From: Allosphingosinicella sp.
Lineage (GTDB): Bacteria > Pseudomonadota > Alphaproteobacteria > Sphingomonadales > Sphingomonadaceae
Assembly (NCBI GenBank): GCA_036403015.1
Contig: DASWRU010000048.1
Coordinates: 3,532-67,531, forward strand
DNA length: 64,000 nt
Reading direction: 5' to 3'
Shown here: in pieces, positions 17,897 to 26,049 of the stretch
How the letters are laid out: each line of letters begins with the position of its first letter
Numbering within the stretch: position 1 is the stretch's first letter
The notes under the pieces: generated by a model
Seen by the model: only the letters and a program-made list of their open reading frames with translations
What the model was told of the DNA's origin: nothing
Database searches by the model: none
Position numbers and translations under genes: made by a program

Positions 17897-18000
17897 ACCT
17901 TCATAAATGCTTTCCGCTCCACGGCTTATCCCCCGCTTGGCGCGCTTAATCCGGAATAAAGAAGTTTACGCCAAAAGGGCGCAATGGGGCGGAGAGGGCT

Positions 18001-19995
18001 TTGACGGGGATCGTCGCCAGACTGCGTGAGATCGGTAGGACCGACCGGACGGTCGCGGACGAAGTGCGCCGTTCGCTGGTCGAGACCCTGTTCGTCTCCT
18101 CGACATCGCTGGGCGCCGGAGCCGCGGCCGGCGCCGCGGCGAGCACGGCCATCGCTTTGTCGAGCGGCGACCCGTGGCTGGCGGCGATCGCCATCGCCAT
18201 CGGCCTCACCGGCACCGCCCGTCTCTGCCACGCCGTCTTCTTCCACCGCAGCCCCGCCCACGACACGGTGGCGAGCGCGCGGTCCGAGACGATGTACGAG
18301 GTCGGCGCCTGGCTCTATGCGCTGCTGCTCGGCCTGCTCACTCTCCTCGCGCTGGTCCGCTCGGACAACGCGCTCCACCACCTGCTCGCGGGCACCGTGA
18401 CGATCGGCTATGCGGCGGGCATCTGCGGCCGCAACGCCGGCCGGCCGGTCATCGCCATCGGCCAGCTCGCGCTCGCTTCGCTGCCCATGTCGGTCGGCCT
18501 CTTCCTCAGCCCCGATCCGATCCGCTGGGTGCTCGGGATCATCGTCGTGGTGTTCATGGTGGGGATGACGGATATTACCTTCCAGACCTACTCGGCCGTG
18601 CTCAAGGCGATGTCGGCGACGCGCGAGCAGAAGCGGCTCACCGCCCGGTTCGAGCGTCTGGCCCGCTACGACGCGATGACCGGCCTCGAAAATCGCGGCG
18701 CCTTCCAGGACCGGCTCCAGGCGGAACTCGCGCAGATCGACGGCTCGGGCGAGCAGCTCGCCGTGCTGTGGATCGACCTCGACAAGTTCAAGGAGATCAA
18801 CGACAGCCTCGGCCATCCGACCGGCGACCGGGTGCTCTGCTCGGTGTCGCGCCAGCTCTCCTCGATCGTCGACGGCCGAGGCAGCGTCGCCCGCTTCGGC
18901 GGCGACGAGTTCGTCCTCCTCGCCAGGGGGACCAAGCCCGGCTTCGCGGAAGACATCGCCCGGGAGGTGATGCGCACCCTCGCCGTCCCGATGAACATCG
19001 ACGGCGCCTCGCTCCAGGCCACCGGCTCGATCGGAGTCGCGGTCTCGCCGGGCGACGGCAACGAGGTCGAGACCCTGCTGCAGCGGGCCGACATGGCGCT
19101 CTACCACGCCAAGTCCAACGGCCGGAACGATTATTGCCTGTTCCGCACCGCCATGGAGGAGGAGTTCCTGGAGCTGCGCGCGCTTGAGGCGGCGCTGCGC
19201 GAGGCGATCGGCAAGGAGCAGCTCGAAGTCTATTACCAGCCGATCGTCGACCTGAAGAGCGGCCGAATCACCTGCTGCGAGGCGCTGCTGCGCTGGCACC
19301 ATCCGGAGCTCGGCCTGGTCAGCCCCGCCCGCTTCATCCCGCTCGCCGAGAGCACCGGGCTGATCACCCCGATCAGCCATTGGGTGCTCGGCCAAGCCTG
19401 CGCCGCCGCGGCGCAGTGGCCGGAGGACGTCAGCATCGCGGTCAACATGTCACCGGCGCTGCTGAAGGACCTCCACCTCAGCCACATGATCCTCGGCGCT
19501 CTCTACATGTCGGGCCTGGCGGCGCGGCGGCTGGAGCTGGAGATCACCGAAAGCGTGCTGATCGACGAGAACGCCCAGTCCAACGCCCTCATCCGCGAGT
19601 TCCAGAAGATCGGCCTCAAGCTCTCGATCGACGATTTCGGGACCGGCTATTCCTCGCTCACCTATTTGAAGAAATACCGGTTCGACAAGATCAAGATCGA
19701 CACCAGCTTCATCGCCGACGTGACCCGCAGCCGCGAGGCGCGGGCGATCATCCATGCCCTCGTCGGCCTAGCCGCCGAGCTCGACATGGAGATCGTCGCC
19801 GAAGGGATCGAGACGGAGACCCAGCTCGGCTACGTCACCGGCGCCCGCTGCACCGCCGCGCAGGGCTTCTTTCTCGGCCGTCCCATGCCCGAAGCCGAGA
19901 TCCGCGCCCGCCTCGACGCGCAGAGCCGCGGCGAGGATTGGTCGGGCGGCGCGGGGACGGACGTGCCGCCGCTGCTGAAGCGGCTGCAGGCCTGA
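18001..19995 (+). CDS. membrane-bound GGDEF-EAL protein (diguanylate cyclase/phosphodiesterase)
   Basis: About 5-6 N-terminal TM helices, then RFGGDEFVLL (GGDEF), then CEALLRWHHP, DDFGTGYSSL and EGIETE (EAL). TTG start per the track. Confidence 0.88.
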   Translation: MTGIVARLREIGRTDRTVADEVRRSLVETLFVSSTSLGAGAAAGAAASTAIALSSGDPWLAAIAIAIGLTGTARLCHAVFFHRSPAHDTVASARSETMYEVGAWLYALLLGLLTLLALVRSDNALHHLLAGTVTIGYAAGICGRNAGRPVIAIGQLALASLPMSVGLFLSPDPIRWVLGIIVVVFMVGMTDITFQTYSAVLKAMSATREQKRLTARFERLARYDAMTGLENRGAFQDRLQAELAQIDGSGEQLAVLWIDLDKFKEINDSLGHPTGDRVLCSVSRQLSSIVDGRGSVARFGGDEFVLLARGTKPGFAEDIAREVMRTLAVPMNIDGASLQATGSIGVAVSPGDGNEVETLLQRADMALYHAKSNGRNDYCLFRTAMEEEFLELRALEAALREAIGKEQLEVYYQPIVDLKSGRITCCEALLRWHHPELGLVSPARFIPLAESTGLITPISHWVLGQACAAAAQWPEDVSIAVNMSPALLKDLHLSHMILGALYMSGLAARRLELEITESVLIDENAQSNALIREFQKIGLKLSIDDFGTGYSSLTYLKKYRFDKIKIDTSFIADVTRSREARAIIHALVGLAAELDMEIVAEGIETETQLGYVTGARCTAAQGFFLGRPMPEAEIRARLDAQSRGEDWSGGAGTDVPPLLKRLQA

Positions 19996-20021
19996 GGCGT
20001 TCGTAACCGGTCCGAAGCGTC

Positions 20022-20960
20022 TTACGCCGCCGCCAGCCTCGCCTGGGCGTCGACCAGCCGCTTCATCAGCTTCAAATCGCCGGCGCTGAGGCACAGCGCG
20101 CTGTCGGCCCAGACGTCGACCACCGCATTCAATTCGTCCAGGCTGATCGGATCGACCAGGCTGGAGGCGTGGTAGATGCCGCGGTGGCCGGACTGCTTGC
20201 GGCCGTTGCGGGCGATATAGGCGCGGACCGCCTCCTCGCCTTCGCCCGGCTCGGCGATGACGTGGACGATGCCGAGATCGTGCATTTCCTCCGCCGTGTA
20301 GAGCCGGCTGGACAGCATCATCTCCTCGGCCTTGGCGAGGCCCACCTTGCGGGCGAGCAGGCAGTGCGCGCCCATGCCGGGGAAGAGGCCGAAGGCGATC
20401 TCCGGCAGGCCGAAGCGCGAGCCCTTTTCGGCGACGATGACGTTGAACGAGAGCACCGCCTCGAAGCCGCCGCCGAGCGCGTCGCCCTGGACGAGGCCGA
20501 TGGTGACGATCGGCAGATCGAGCCGCTTCATGTTGGCGTGCAGGATCGAGACGCAGTCGCGGCCGTAGCGCACCAGCCCCTCGCGGTCGCCCGCGGCGAT
20601 GAAGCCGGCGAACAGATCGAGGTCGCCGCCGAGGTTGAACACCCCGGGGAAGCGCGAGCCGAGCACGAGATATTTCAGGCCCTCGGAAGGGTCCGCGAAC
20701 TCGCGGCGTATTTCCGACTGCCAGCGCTGGAAATCGCGCAGCATCGGCCGGTTGAAGTTCGGCCGGTCGACCGGCGTCATGTAGGTCCACAGCGTCCCCA
20801 GCGCCGCTTCCCACCGGACGTCGAGCTGTCCGAGATCGAAAAGGCTGGTCCCGGCCGGCCTCTCACGGTGCTGGAGTGCGATGGTCCCCGCCAGCGTGTC
20901 GGAAGACAGCGGGAGCCCACCCGCATCCTCCGCCGGCTGGAGACTGAAATGGTGATTCAT
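20022..20960 (-). CDS. rpfF: RpfF-like crotonase (DSF-family signal synthase candidate)
   Basis: VFNLGGDLDLF, LVQGDALGGGFEAVLS, GLPEIAFGLFPGMGA and the C-terminal VWADSALCLSAGDLKLMKRLVDAQ segment parallel the Xanthomonas RpfF sequence as I recall it, including both catalytic Glu positions. Confidence 0.7.
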   Translation of the reverse strand: MNHHFSLQPAEDAGGLPLSSDTLAGTIALQHRERPAGTSLFDLGQLDVRWEAALGTLWTYMTPVDRPNFNRPMLRDFQRWQSEIRREFADPSEGLKYLVLGSRFPGVFNLGGDLDLFAGFIAAGDREGLVRYGRDCVSILHANMKRLDLPIVTIGLVQGDALGGGFEAVLSFNVIVAEKGSRFGLPEIAFGLFPGMGAHCLLARKVGLAKAEEMMLSSRLYTAEEMHDLGIVHVIAEPGEGEEAVRAYIARNGRKQSGHRGIYHASSLVDPISLDELNAVVDVWADSALCLSAGDLKLMKRLVDAQARLAAA

Positions 20961-21031
20961 CCTTGCCCTCCAACGAGTTGGTTGACCGTCAAGTAAGCAT
21001 ATCGCCGCGGCAGTAACAATCGGGACTGAAC

Positions 21032-21048
21032 GGTTAACGGTGTTAACC
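21032..21048. promoter_or_regulatory. palindrome in the rpfF-fadL divergent region
   Basis: GGTTAAC-GGT-GTTAACC, perfect 7-bp arms, in an AT-richer 245-bp intergenic region. Confidence 0.35.
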
Positions 21049-21205
21049 TTTTCACTGTTGCTTGAAAGACTCGTTTTGGAGGCAGTTTGGACAAAGTCGG
21101 GCAGAGCCGGGCCTTGCCTTCGAAAAGTGCTTGAGAAACAAGGCTGTGCCCCGTAGTTCGAGGGCGCGGCAGGGGCGCCGCTGACGTGGTTTCGGGGGTG
21201 CGGAT

Positions 21206-22531
21206 ATGGGTGGGGCAGGGCTCAGGAGCCGTTTCGGCAGCCGGGGGATGTGGCTTTTCGGGACGGCCCTCGGGCTCGTCTTAACGCCGCCGGCGCCGCT
21301 TCGCGCGGCCGGATTCTACCTCCAGGAACAATCGGTTAGAGGATGGGGCCGGGCGAATTCCGGCGAGGTGGCGGACGACGGGCCGGCCTCCTTGTGGTGG
21401 AACCCCGCGGCCATCGGCGGGATCGAGGAGAGCGAGGCGAGCTTCGGCGCCACCGCGGTCCTGCCTTCCGGCGAGCTCGACGACCGCGGCACCCTCATCG
21501 ACCGCCCGATCGTGCCGCCCGCGCCGGTCGGCGGCCCCTCCTCGATGGCCGATCCGATCCAGAAGGGGATCGCGCCGAACATGGCGCTGGCGCTCCGCCT
21601 GGGCGACCGATTCGCGCTCGGCTTCACCGTCGCGGCGCCGTTCAGCTTCACCACCGACTACGACCCCAATGGCTGGCAGCGTTATTCCTCGATTCGCACC
21701 CGCCTGGTCACGCTCGACCTCCAGCCCTCCATCGCCTGGGCGCCCTCGCGGGCGCTGAGCGTCGGCGCGGCGCTCAACCTCGAATATGCGGACGCCTGGC
21801 TGTCCAACGCGCTCCCCAACCTCGCGCCCGGCTCCGCCGACGCGCGGCTGCGGCTGACCGGGAGCGGCTGGGACCTCGGCTGGAGCGCCGGGGCGCGGCT
21901 TCGGCCGGTGGAGGGCGTCTCGCTCGGCATCGCCTACAAGTCGGCCGTCTCCCACAAGCTCGAGGGGCCGGTGGACATTTCCGGCCTGCTCGCCCCGCTC
22001 GCCGCCCGCAACGTCCACGCTCAAACCGTCGCGCGCTTCACCACGCCTTGGCAGCTCATCGTCGGCGGCCGCTTCGCCGTCGGGCCGCGGCTGACGCTGA
22101 ACCTGCAGGCGGTGCGGTTCGGCTGGAGCAAGTTCGACCGGATCGCGCTGGCGGCGCCGCTGAGCAGCGCGATCGAGGAGAATTACAAGGATACGTGGAG
22201 CCTCGCCGTCGGGATCGACGCCCACGCCTCCGACCGGCTGACCCTTCGCGCCGGCATCCAGCGCGACCCGACGCCGACCCGCGACGCCAGCCGCGACGCT
22301 CGCGTGCCCGATGCCGACCGGCTGGACTACAATGCCGGCCTCAGCTGGCAGGCCGGTCGGCGCCTGACGCTCGATGCCGCCGCGGCGCTCACCGATCCGG
22401 GCAGCAGCCCGATCGCGCGCCAGGAGCGTTTCTATGCCGGGACCGGTGCCCAGACCGACATCCTCACCGCCGGCCGCGCCCGCAACCAGCGGGTGATCGT
22501 GCTTGCGCTCGGCGGACGCCTCCGCTTCTGA
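21206..22531 (+). CDS. FadL/TodX family outer-membrane long-chain fatty acid channel
   Basis: Signal peptide (probably from M at 21248), then AGFYLQEQSVRGWGRANSG...WWNPAAIGG and a beta-barrel repeat pattern to a C-terminal F. Confidence 0.8.
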   Translation: MGGAGLRSRFGSRGMWLFGTALGLVLTPPAPLRAAGFYLQEQSVRGWGRANSGEVADDGPASLWWNPAAIGGIEESEASFGATAVLPSGELDDRGTLIDRPIVPPAPVGGPSSMADPIQKGIAPNMALALRLGDRFALGFTVAAPFSFTTDYDPNGWQRYSSIRTRLVTLDLQPSIAWAPSRALSVGAALNLEYADAWLSNALPNLAPGSADARLRLTGSGWDLGWSAGARLRPVEGVSLGIAYKSAVSHKLEGPVDISGLLAPLAARNVHAQTVARFTTPWQLIVGGRFAVGPRLTLNLQAVRFGWSKFDRIALAAPLSSAIEENYKDTWSLAVGIDAHASDRLTLRAGIQRDPTPTRDASRDARVPDADRLDYNAGLSWQAGRRLTLDAAAALTDPGSSPIARQERFYAGTGAQTDILTAGRARNQRVIVLALGGRLRF

Positions 22532-22550
22532 GCGCGGCGCCGGTTCGGTT

Positions 22551-22724
22551 TCAGCCCTTGCCGTCGTCGCCGCTGTAGGGCGGCCGGCCGGTCGAGCCGC
22601 GATGGGCCCGCTCCAGATCGCCCGAATCCTGGCCCGCCTCGTTGGCGCTGTCGACGTTGCGCTTCTCGTCGCGATGGACGCCTTCGAGGTCGCTATGGGG
22701 GGTGGCCTTGGGCGGTTTCGGCAC
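22551..22724 (-). CDS. small hydrophilic protein (57 aa), candidate stress protein
   Basis: GTG start preceded by GGAGAGGAG. The product is charged and Gly-rich (…HRDEKRNVDSANEAGQDSGDLERAH…YSGDDGKG). This is a truncated version of track ORF 22551..22886. Confidence 0.35.
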   Translation of the reverse strand: MPKPPKATPHSDLEGVHRDEKRNVDSANEAGQDSGDLERAHRGSTGRPPYSGDDGKG

Positions 22725-22749
22725 GGGCGCGGGCTCCTCTCCCCGGGTC

Positions 22750-22774
22750 AACCGGTTGCGGGCAGGGCGGTTCA
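22750..22774 (-). promoter_or_regulatory. ECF/EcfG-like promoter (imperfect)
   Basis: TGAAC-N16-GGTT on the minus strand, preceded by a T8 tract. One mismatch in each element versus GGAAC-N16-CGTT. Confidence 0.3.
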
Positions 22775-22814
22775 AAAAAAATCGCGGGGCATGCAATTTT
22801 TTTGCGGCCGGCGT

Positions 22815-22839
22815 GGAACCGTCCCGCCGCTCCCCCGTT
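22815..22839 (+). promoter_or_regulatory. EcfG-type general stress promoter
   Basis: Exact GGAAC (22815-22819) - N16 - CGTT (22836-22839), with a T7 tract 12 nt upstream. Confidence 0.5.
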
Positions 22840-22845
22840 GTGTGG

Positions 22846-22987
22846 TTCGGATAGTGACCTTTTGCCCCCCCGCTCTCGCTATCCACGACATGAGCCCGGA
22901 CGCGCCAACCTCCCCCCCCCCGGTGGCGCCTCCGGGCTCAAATTTGTCCAGCCTCCCTCGAGGGCCTGCCGCGGCGGGCCCTTTTTT
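22846..22987 (+). ncRNA. candidate small RNA (about 140 nt) with C-rich anti-SD-like motifs
   Basis: Bounded by the EcfG-type promoter and an intrinsic terminator. No credible ORF. Contains C7, CCTCCCCCCCCCC and CCTCCC tracts. Confidence 0.4.
22962..22987 (+). terminator. Rho-independent terminator
   Basis: GGGCCTGCCGCGGCGGGCCC hairpin followed by TTTTTT on the plus strand only. Confidence 0.65.
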
Positions 22988-23783
22988 ATTGCGCCGCGCG
23001 CTTCACCCGCGCCTTGAGCTTCGGGTCGCGCATGGCGCGCAGCCAGGCTTCGATGAGGCTGAACAGGCCGAACAAAGCGAGGCCGGCCGCGACCGCGGCG
23101 CGAAGCGCGCCCGGCATCGCCGCGAGCGCGTCGCCGAGCCCGCCCGCCTCGGCCGGGCTGTGGTGGGTGGAGGCGCGGAACATCAGCCAGGCCGCCACGG
23201 CGAAGATCGCGCCGCGCGCGCAATAGCCGGCCATGCCGACCGCGACGATCCAGGCGTGCCGCTTGGCCTCGGGCCGCATGTGCCGCAGGAAGCGGCGGCC
23301 GAGCCCGACCGCGAGCTGCGCCCCCGCCACGGCGAGGAGGATGGCCGCCGCGATCGTCAATACCGCCGGGCCGCCCGGCAGGCTCATCGCCGTCGCCGCG
23401 CCCGCTTCGGCCGTGCGGCTGCCCCCGCCGGAGCCGCCGCCGGCGCCGAGCGCCAGCTTCGCCGCCGAGAAAGCGAGGCCGAGATGAACGCACCCGCTGC
23501 CGGCCGCGACGAGCCGGTGGCGGATATTCTTCCATCCGCTCCCCCGCGCCTCGGTGCCGAGCGCGGCGTCGAGGAGGCGCCAGGCGCTGTAGCCGGCGAA
23601 GCCCAGCGCCATCCCCGCCAGCACCAGCCGGCCGGCGCCGCTTCCCAAATAAGCGAGCGCGCCACCGGCATCCTCGCTTCGCCCGACCCTCAGCGCCAGC
23701 CAGGCGACGAGCAGGTACATGATCCCGCGCGCCGCGAAGCCGGCGCGGGCGAAGAGGAGGAAAGGCGGGTTCTTTTCGGGCAC
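22986..23783 (-). CDS. DUF1206 domain membrane protein
   Basis: Repeated FAARG(I/A)xYxxV(A)W pattern (GFAARGIMYLLVAWLAL, CARGAIFAVAAWLMF) and four TM pairs. GTG start. Confidence 0.7.
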   Translation of the reverse strand: MPEKNPPFLLFARAGFAARGIMYLLVAWLALRVGRSEDAGGALAYLGSGAGRLVLAGMALGFAGYSAWRLLDAALGTEARGSGWKNIRHRLVAAGSGCVHLGLAFSAAKLALGAGGGSGGGSRTAEAGAATAMSLPGGPAVLTIAAAILLAVAGAQLAVGLGRRFLRHMRPEAKRHAWIVAVGMAGYCARGAIFAVAAWLMFRASTHHSPAEAGGLGDALAAMPGALRAAVAAGLALFGLFSLIEAWLRAMRDPKLKARVKRAAQ

Positions 23784-23801
23784 GTGACGATTACCCCGCC
23801 G

Positions 23802-23827
23802 AACGCCGGTGCGGGCGCGGGCGTTCC
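23802..23827 (-). promoter_or_regulatory. EcfG-type general stress promoter
   Basis: Minus strand GGAAC (23823-23827) - N17 - CGTT (23802-23805), ending 18 nt upstream of the DUF1206 GTG start. Confidence 0.5.
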
Positions 23828-23830
23828 GTT

Positions 23831-23858
23831 CCTCCCCTCTCCCAAGGGAGAGGGGAGG
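23831..23858. repeat. single family B-type hairpin
   Basis: Perfect 13-bp stem CCTCCCCTCTCCC-AA-GGGAGAGGGGAGG. Confidence 0.7.
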
Positions 23859-23873
23859 GATTTGGGTACCTCC

Positions 23874-24104
23874 CTAGAACGCCACCGCCCTCAGCGGCAC
23901 CTTGAGAACGGGCCGGTGCGCCTCGTCCTCCACCTCGATCCAGCCCATGTGGGTGAAGTCCTGCTCGAGCAGGCGCTGGCGCACGATCCGCCGCGCCGCC
24001 CGCATCGCCTCGAAACGCGCGTCGTCCGCGGTCCGGCAATATTCGCCGGCCAGGTCGGTGGCCTCGAACTTGTCGCAGCGGAAGTTGAAATAATAACGCG
24101 GCAT
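23874..24104 (-). CDS. small conserved protein (76 aa, MPRYYF-type, DUF6894-like)
   Basis: Inner ATG of track ORF 23874..25073. The pattern MPRYYFNFRCDKFEATDLAGEYCRTADDARFEAMRAARRIV is typical of a small alphaproteobacterial family. Confidence 0.55.
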   Translation of the reverse strand: MPRYYFNFRCDKFEATDLAGEYCRTADDARFEAMRAARRIVRQRLLEQDFTHMGWIEVEDEAHRPVLKVPLRAVAF

Positions 24105-24182
24105 CGACGGTCTGAACGCGCGGCCCGCGGCGCCGGGTTCCCCGCTTGACCCCGCGCGCCGCGCCGCCGCACACAGGCGCCG

Positions 24183-25235
24183 ATGAAGCGGGAGCTGTTG
24201 CACAACGTCCAGGTCGCCCGATTCCTGGCGGCGGCGATGGTGCTCGTCACCCACACCGCGGATCTGGTCTATCCGGGAAGCCCGCTGTTCGCTGCTTTCC
24301 CGTGGGGGCTCGGCGTCGACATGTTCTTCGTCATCAGCGGCTTCATCATGGCCTATCTGGCGCGCGGCTGCTTCGGGGAAAAAGGCACGGGGCGGCATTT
24401 TCTCGTCCGCCGGCTGGCCCGCATCGCGCCGCCTTACTGGTTCTTCACGACCCTCATGCTGGCCGCCGCCATCCTTTTCACCGGCGCGGTCAGGCACACG
24501 ACGCTCAGCCCGGGGTCGATCGTCAGCTCCTATTTTTTCCTCCCCTGGCCGCGGGGCGACGGCAAGCTGAACCCGCTCCTGTCGCAGGGCTGGACGCTCA
24601 ATTACGAGGCCTTCTTCTACGTCGCCTTCGCTGCGGCGCTCCTGTTCCGGCGGGGCCTGGTCTGGCTCGCGGCGGCCTTCGTCCTGCTGGTCGCCTGCCA
24701 TCCCTGGATTCCGCGAGCGTGGTTCATGCTGCGCTTCTGGTCGCAGCCGATCATCCTCGAATTCCTGGCCGGCATCGTGCTGGCCCACCTCCATATCGCC
24801 GGCAAGCGCCTGCCGCTCGCCGCCGCGCTGCTTTGCGTGGCGGTGGGGCTGGTCTTCGCCGTGACGCGCCCATATCTCGGCACCCTCGCCTTCGCGCGGG
24901 TGGAGCATCAGGGCCTTGCCGGCCTCTTCTTCTGCATTGCCCTCATCCTCGGCCCGGAGCCGCGGCGGGTCGGCGCCTTCGGGCGGGCGCTGAGGGCGGG
25001 CGGGGACGCCTCCTACGCCCTCTATCTGTCCCACACCTTCACCGTGAACGCAGCCGTCATCGCCTGGCGGCATTTCCCCCTCTGTCCGGCCTGGCTGGCG
25101 ATGGCCGGCGCGATGGCGGCGGCGATGCTTCTCGCCTGGCTGTTCTATCGTTTCGTGGAGCGGCCGGTCACGGCGCGGCTTCAGCGGCTGAGCGGCGCGA
25201 GACCGCTGCGGGGCGCGGAGACGGTGGCCCCTTGA
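24183..25235 (+). CDS. acyltransferase family 3 (membrane O-acyltransferase)
   Basis: VQVARFLAAAMVLVTHT...GVDMFFVISGFIM N-terminal motif. About 10 TM segments. Confidence 0.85.
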   Translation: MKRELLHNVQVARFLAAAMVLVTHTADLVYPGSPLFAAFPWGLGVDMFFVISGFIMAYLARGCFGEKGTGRHFLVRRLARIAPPYWFFTTLMLAAAILFTGAVRHTTLSPGSIVSSYFFLPWPRGDGKLNPLLSQGWTLNYEAFFYVAFAAALLFRRGLVWLAAAFVLLVACHPWIPRAWFMLRFWSQPIILEFLAGIVLAHLHIAGKRLPLAAALLCVAVGLVFAVTRPYLGTLAFARVEHQGLAGLFFCIALILGPEPRRVGAFGRALRAGGDASYALYLSHTFTVNAAVIAWRHFPLCPAWLAMAGAMAAAMLLAWLFYRFVERPVTARLQRLSGARPLRGAETVAP

Positions 25236-25242
25236 GCGAAGC

Positions 25243-26049
25243 TCAGGGCGAGGGTTCGGCCGCTTCGGTGTCGCGCAGGCGGCGGCGCTCGGTGAACCAG
25301 ATCGCCACCAGCGACAGCTCGTAAAGGAGGACGAGGGGTACCGCGAGCATCAACTGCGAAACGACGTCGGGCGGGGTCAGCACCGCGGCCACCGCGAAGG
25401 CGGCGACGATCGCGTAGCGCCGGCCCTTCTTCAGCTGGTCGCGGCTGATGATCCCGGCCCGCTCCAGCAGCATCAGGAGCACCGGCAGCAGGAAGGCGAC
25501 CCCGAAGCCGAAGATGAAGCGGGTGGCGAAGGTCAAATAGTTGCCGACGCCGGGGAGCGCCTCGCGCTGGACGCCGCCGACATTGCCCTGGAAGCCGAGC
25601 AGCCAGTGCAGGGCGAGCGGCATGGCGACGTAATAAGCCAGCGACGCCCCGCCGAGGAACAGCAGCGGGGTCAGGAGCAGGAAGGGGAGCAGGGCCTTCT
25701 TCTCGCGGCCGTAGAGGCCCGGCGCGACGAACTTCCAGAGTTGGTTCGCGATCACCGGGAAGGCGATCATCAGGGCCGCGAAGAAGGCGACCTTCACCTC
25801 GACGAAGAAGGCCTCGAAAATGTCGGTATAATAGACCTTGCCCTGCCCCGCCCGGAGGAGGGGCTGCACCAGGAAGCCGAAGATCGGCTTGGCGAAGTAA
25901 AGGCACACGCCGAACGCGGCGGCGAGCGCGAGCATGCTCCACAGCAGGCGCCGGCGCAGCTCGATCAGATGGTCCATCAACGGCGCGCGGGTCTCGTCCA
26001 GCTCGCTCAGGGCCACCAGCGGCGGGCGGGTTTCGTCCGGCTCGTTCAT
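25243..26049 (-). CDS. tatC: twin-arginine translocase subunit TatC
   Basis: PLMDHLIELRRRLLWS..., six TM segments, gene order tatA-tatB-tatC. Confidence 0.92.
   Translation of the reverse strand: MNEPDETRPPLVALSELDETRAPLMDHLIELRRRLLWSMLALAAAFGVCLYFAKPIFGFLVQPLLRAGQGKVYYTDIFEAFFVEVKVAFFAALMIAFPVIANQLWKFVAPGLYGREKKALLPFLLLTPLLFLGGASLAYYVAMPLALHWLLGFQGNVGGVQREALPGVGNYLTFATRFIFGFGVAFLLPVLLMLLERAGIISRDQLKKGRRYAIVAAFAVAAVLTPPDVVSQLMLAVPLVLLYELSLVAIWFTERRRLRDTEAAEPSP

Noticed and set aside
21034-21046. CtrA box (TTAA-N7-TTAA) within the rpfF-fadL palindrome
   Set aside because: The two TTAA half-sites are separated by 5 nt, not 7.
22551-22886. Full 111-aa version of the minus-strand ORF
   Set aside because: Its 5' half runs through the homopolymer and promoter region and across the plus-strand EcfG promoter. 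Only the 57-aa GTG-initiated version with an RBS is kept, and at low confidence.
24115-24141. GGAAC...CGTT upstream of the 76-aa MPRYYF gene
   Set aside because: Careful counting gives an 18-nt spacer, outside the N16-17 window of EcfG promoters, so it is not called. It could still be tested by 5'-RACE.
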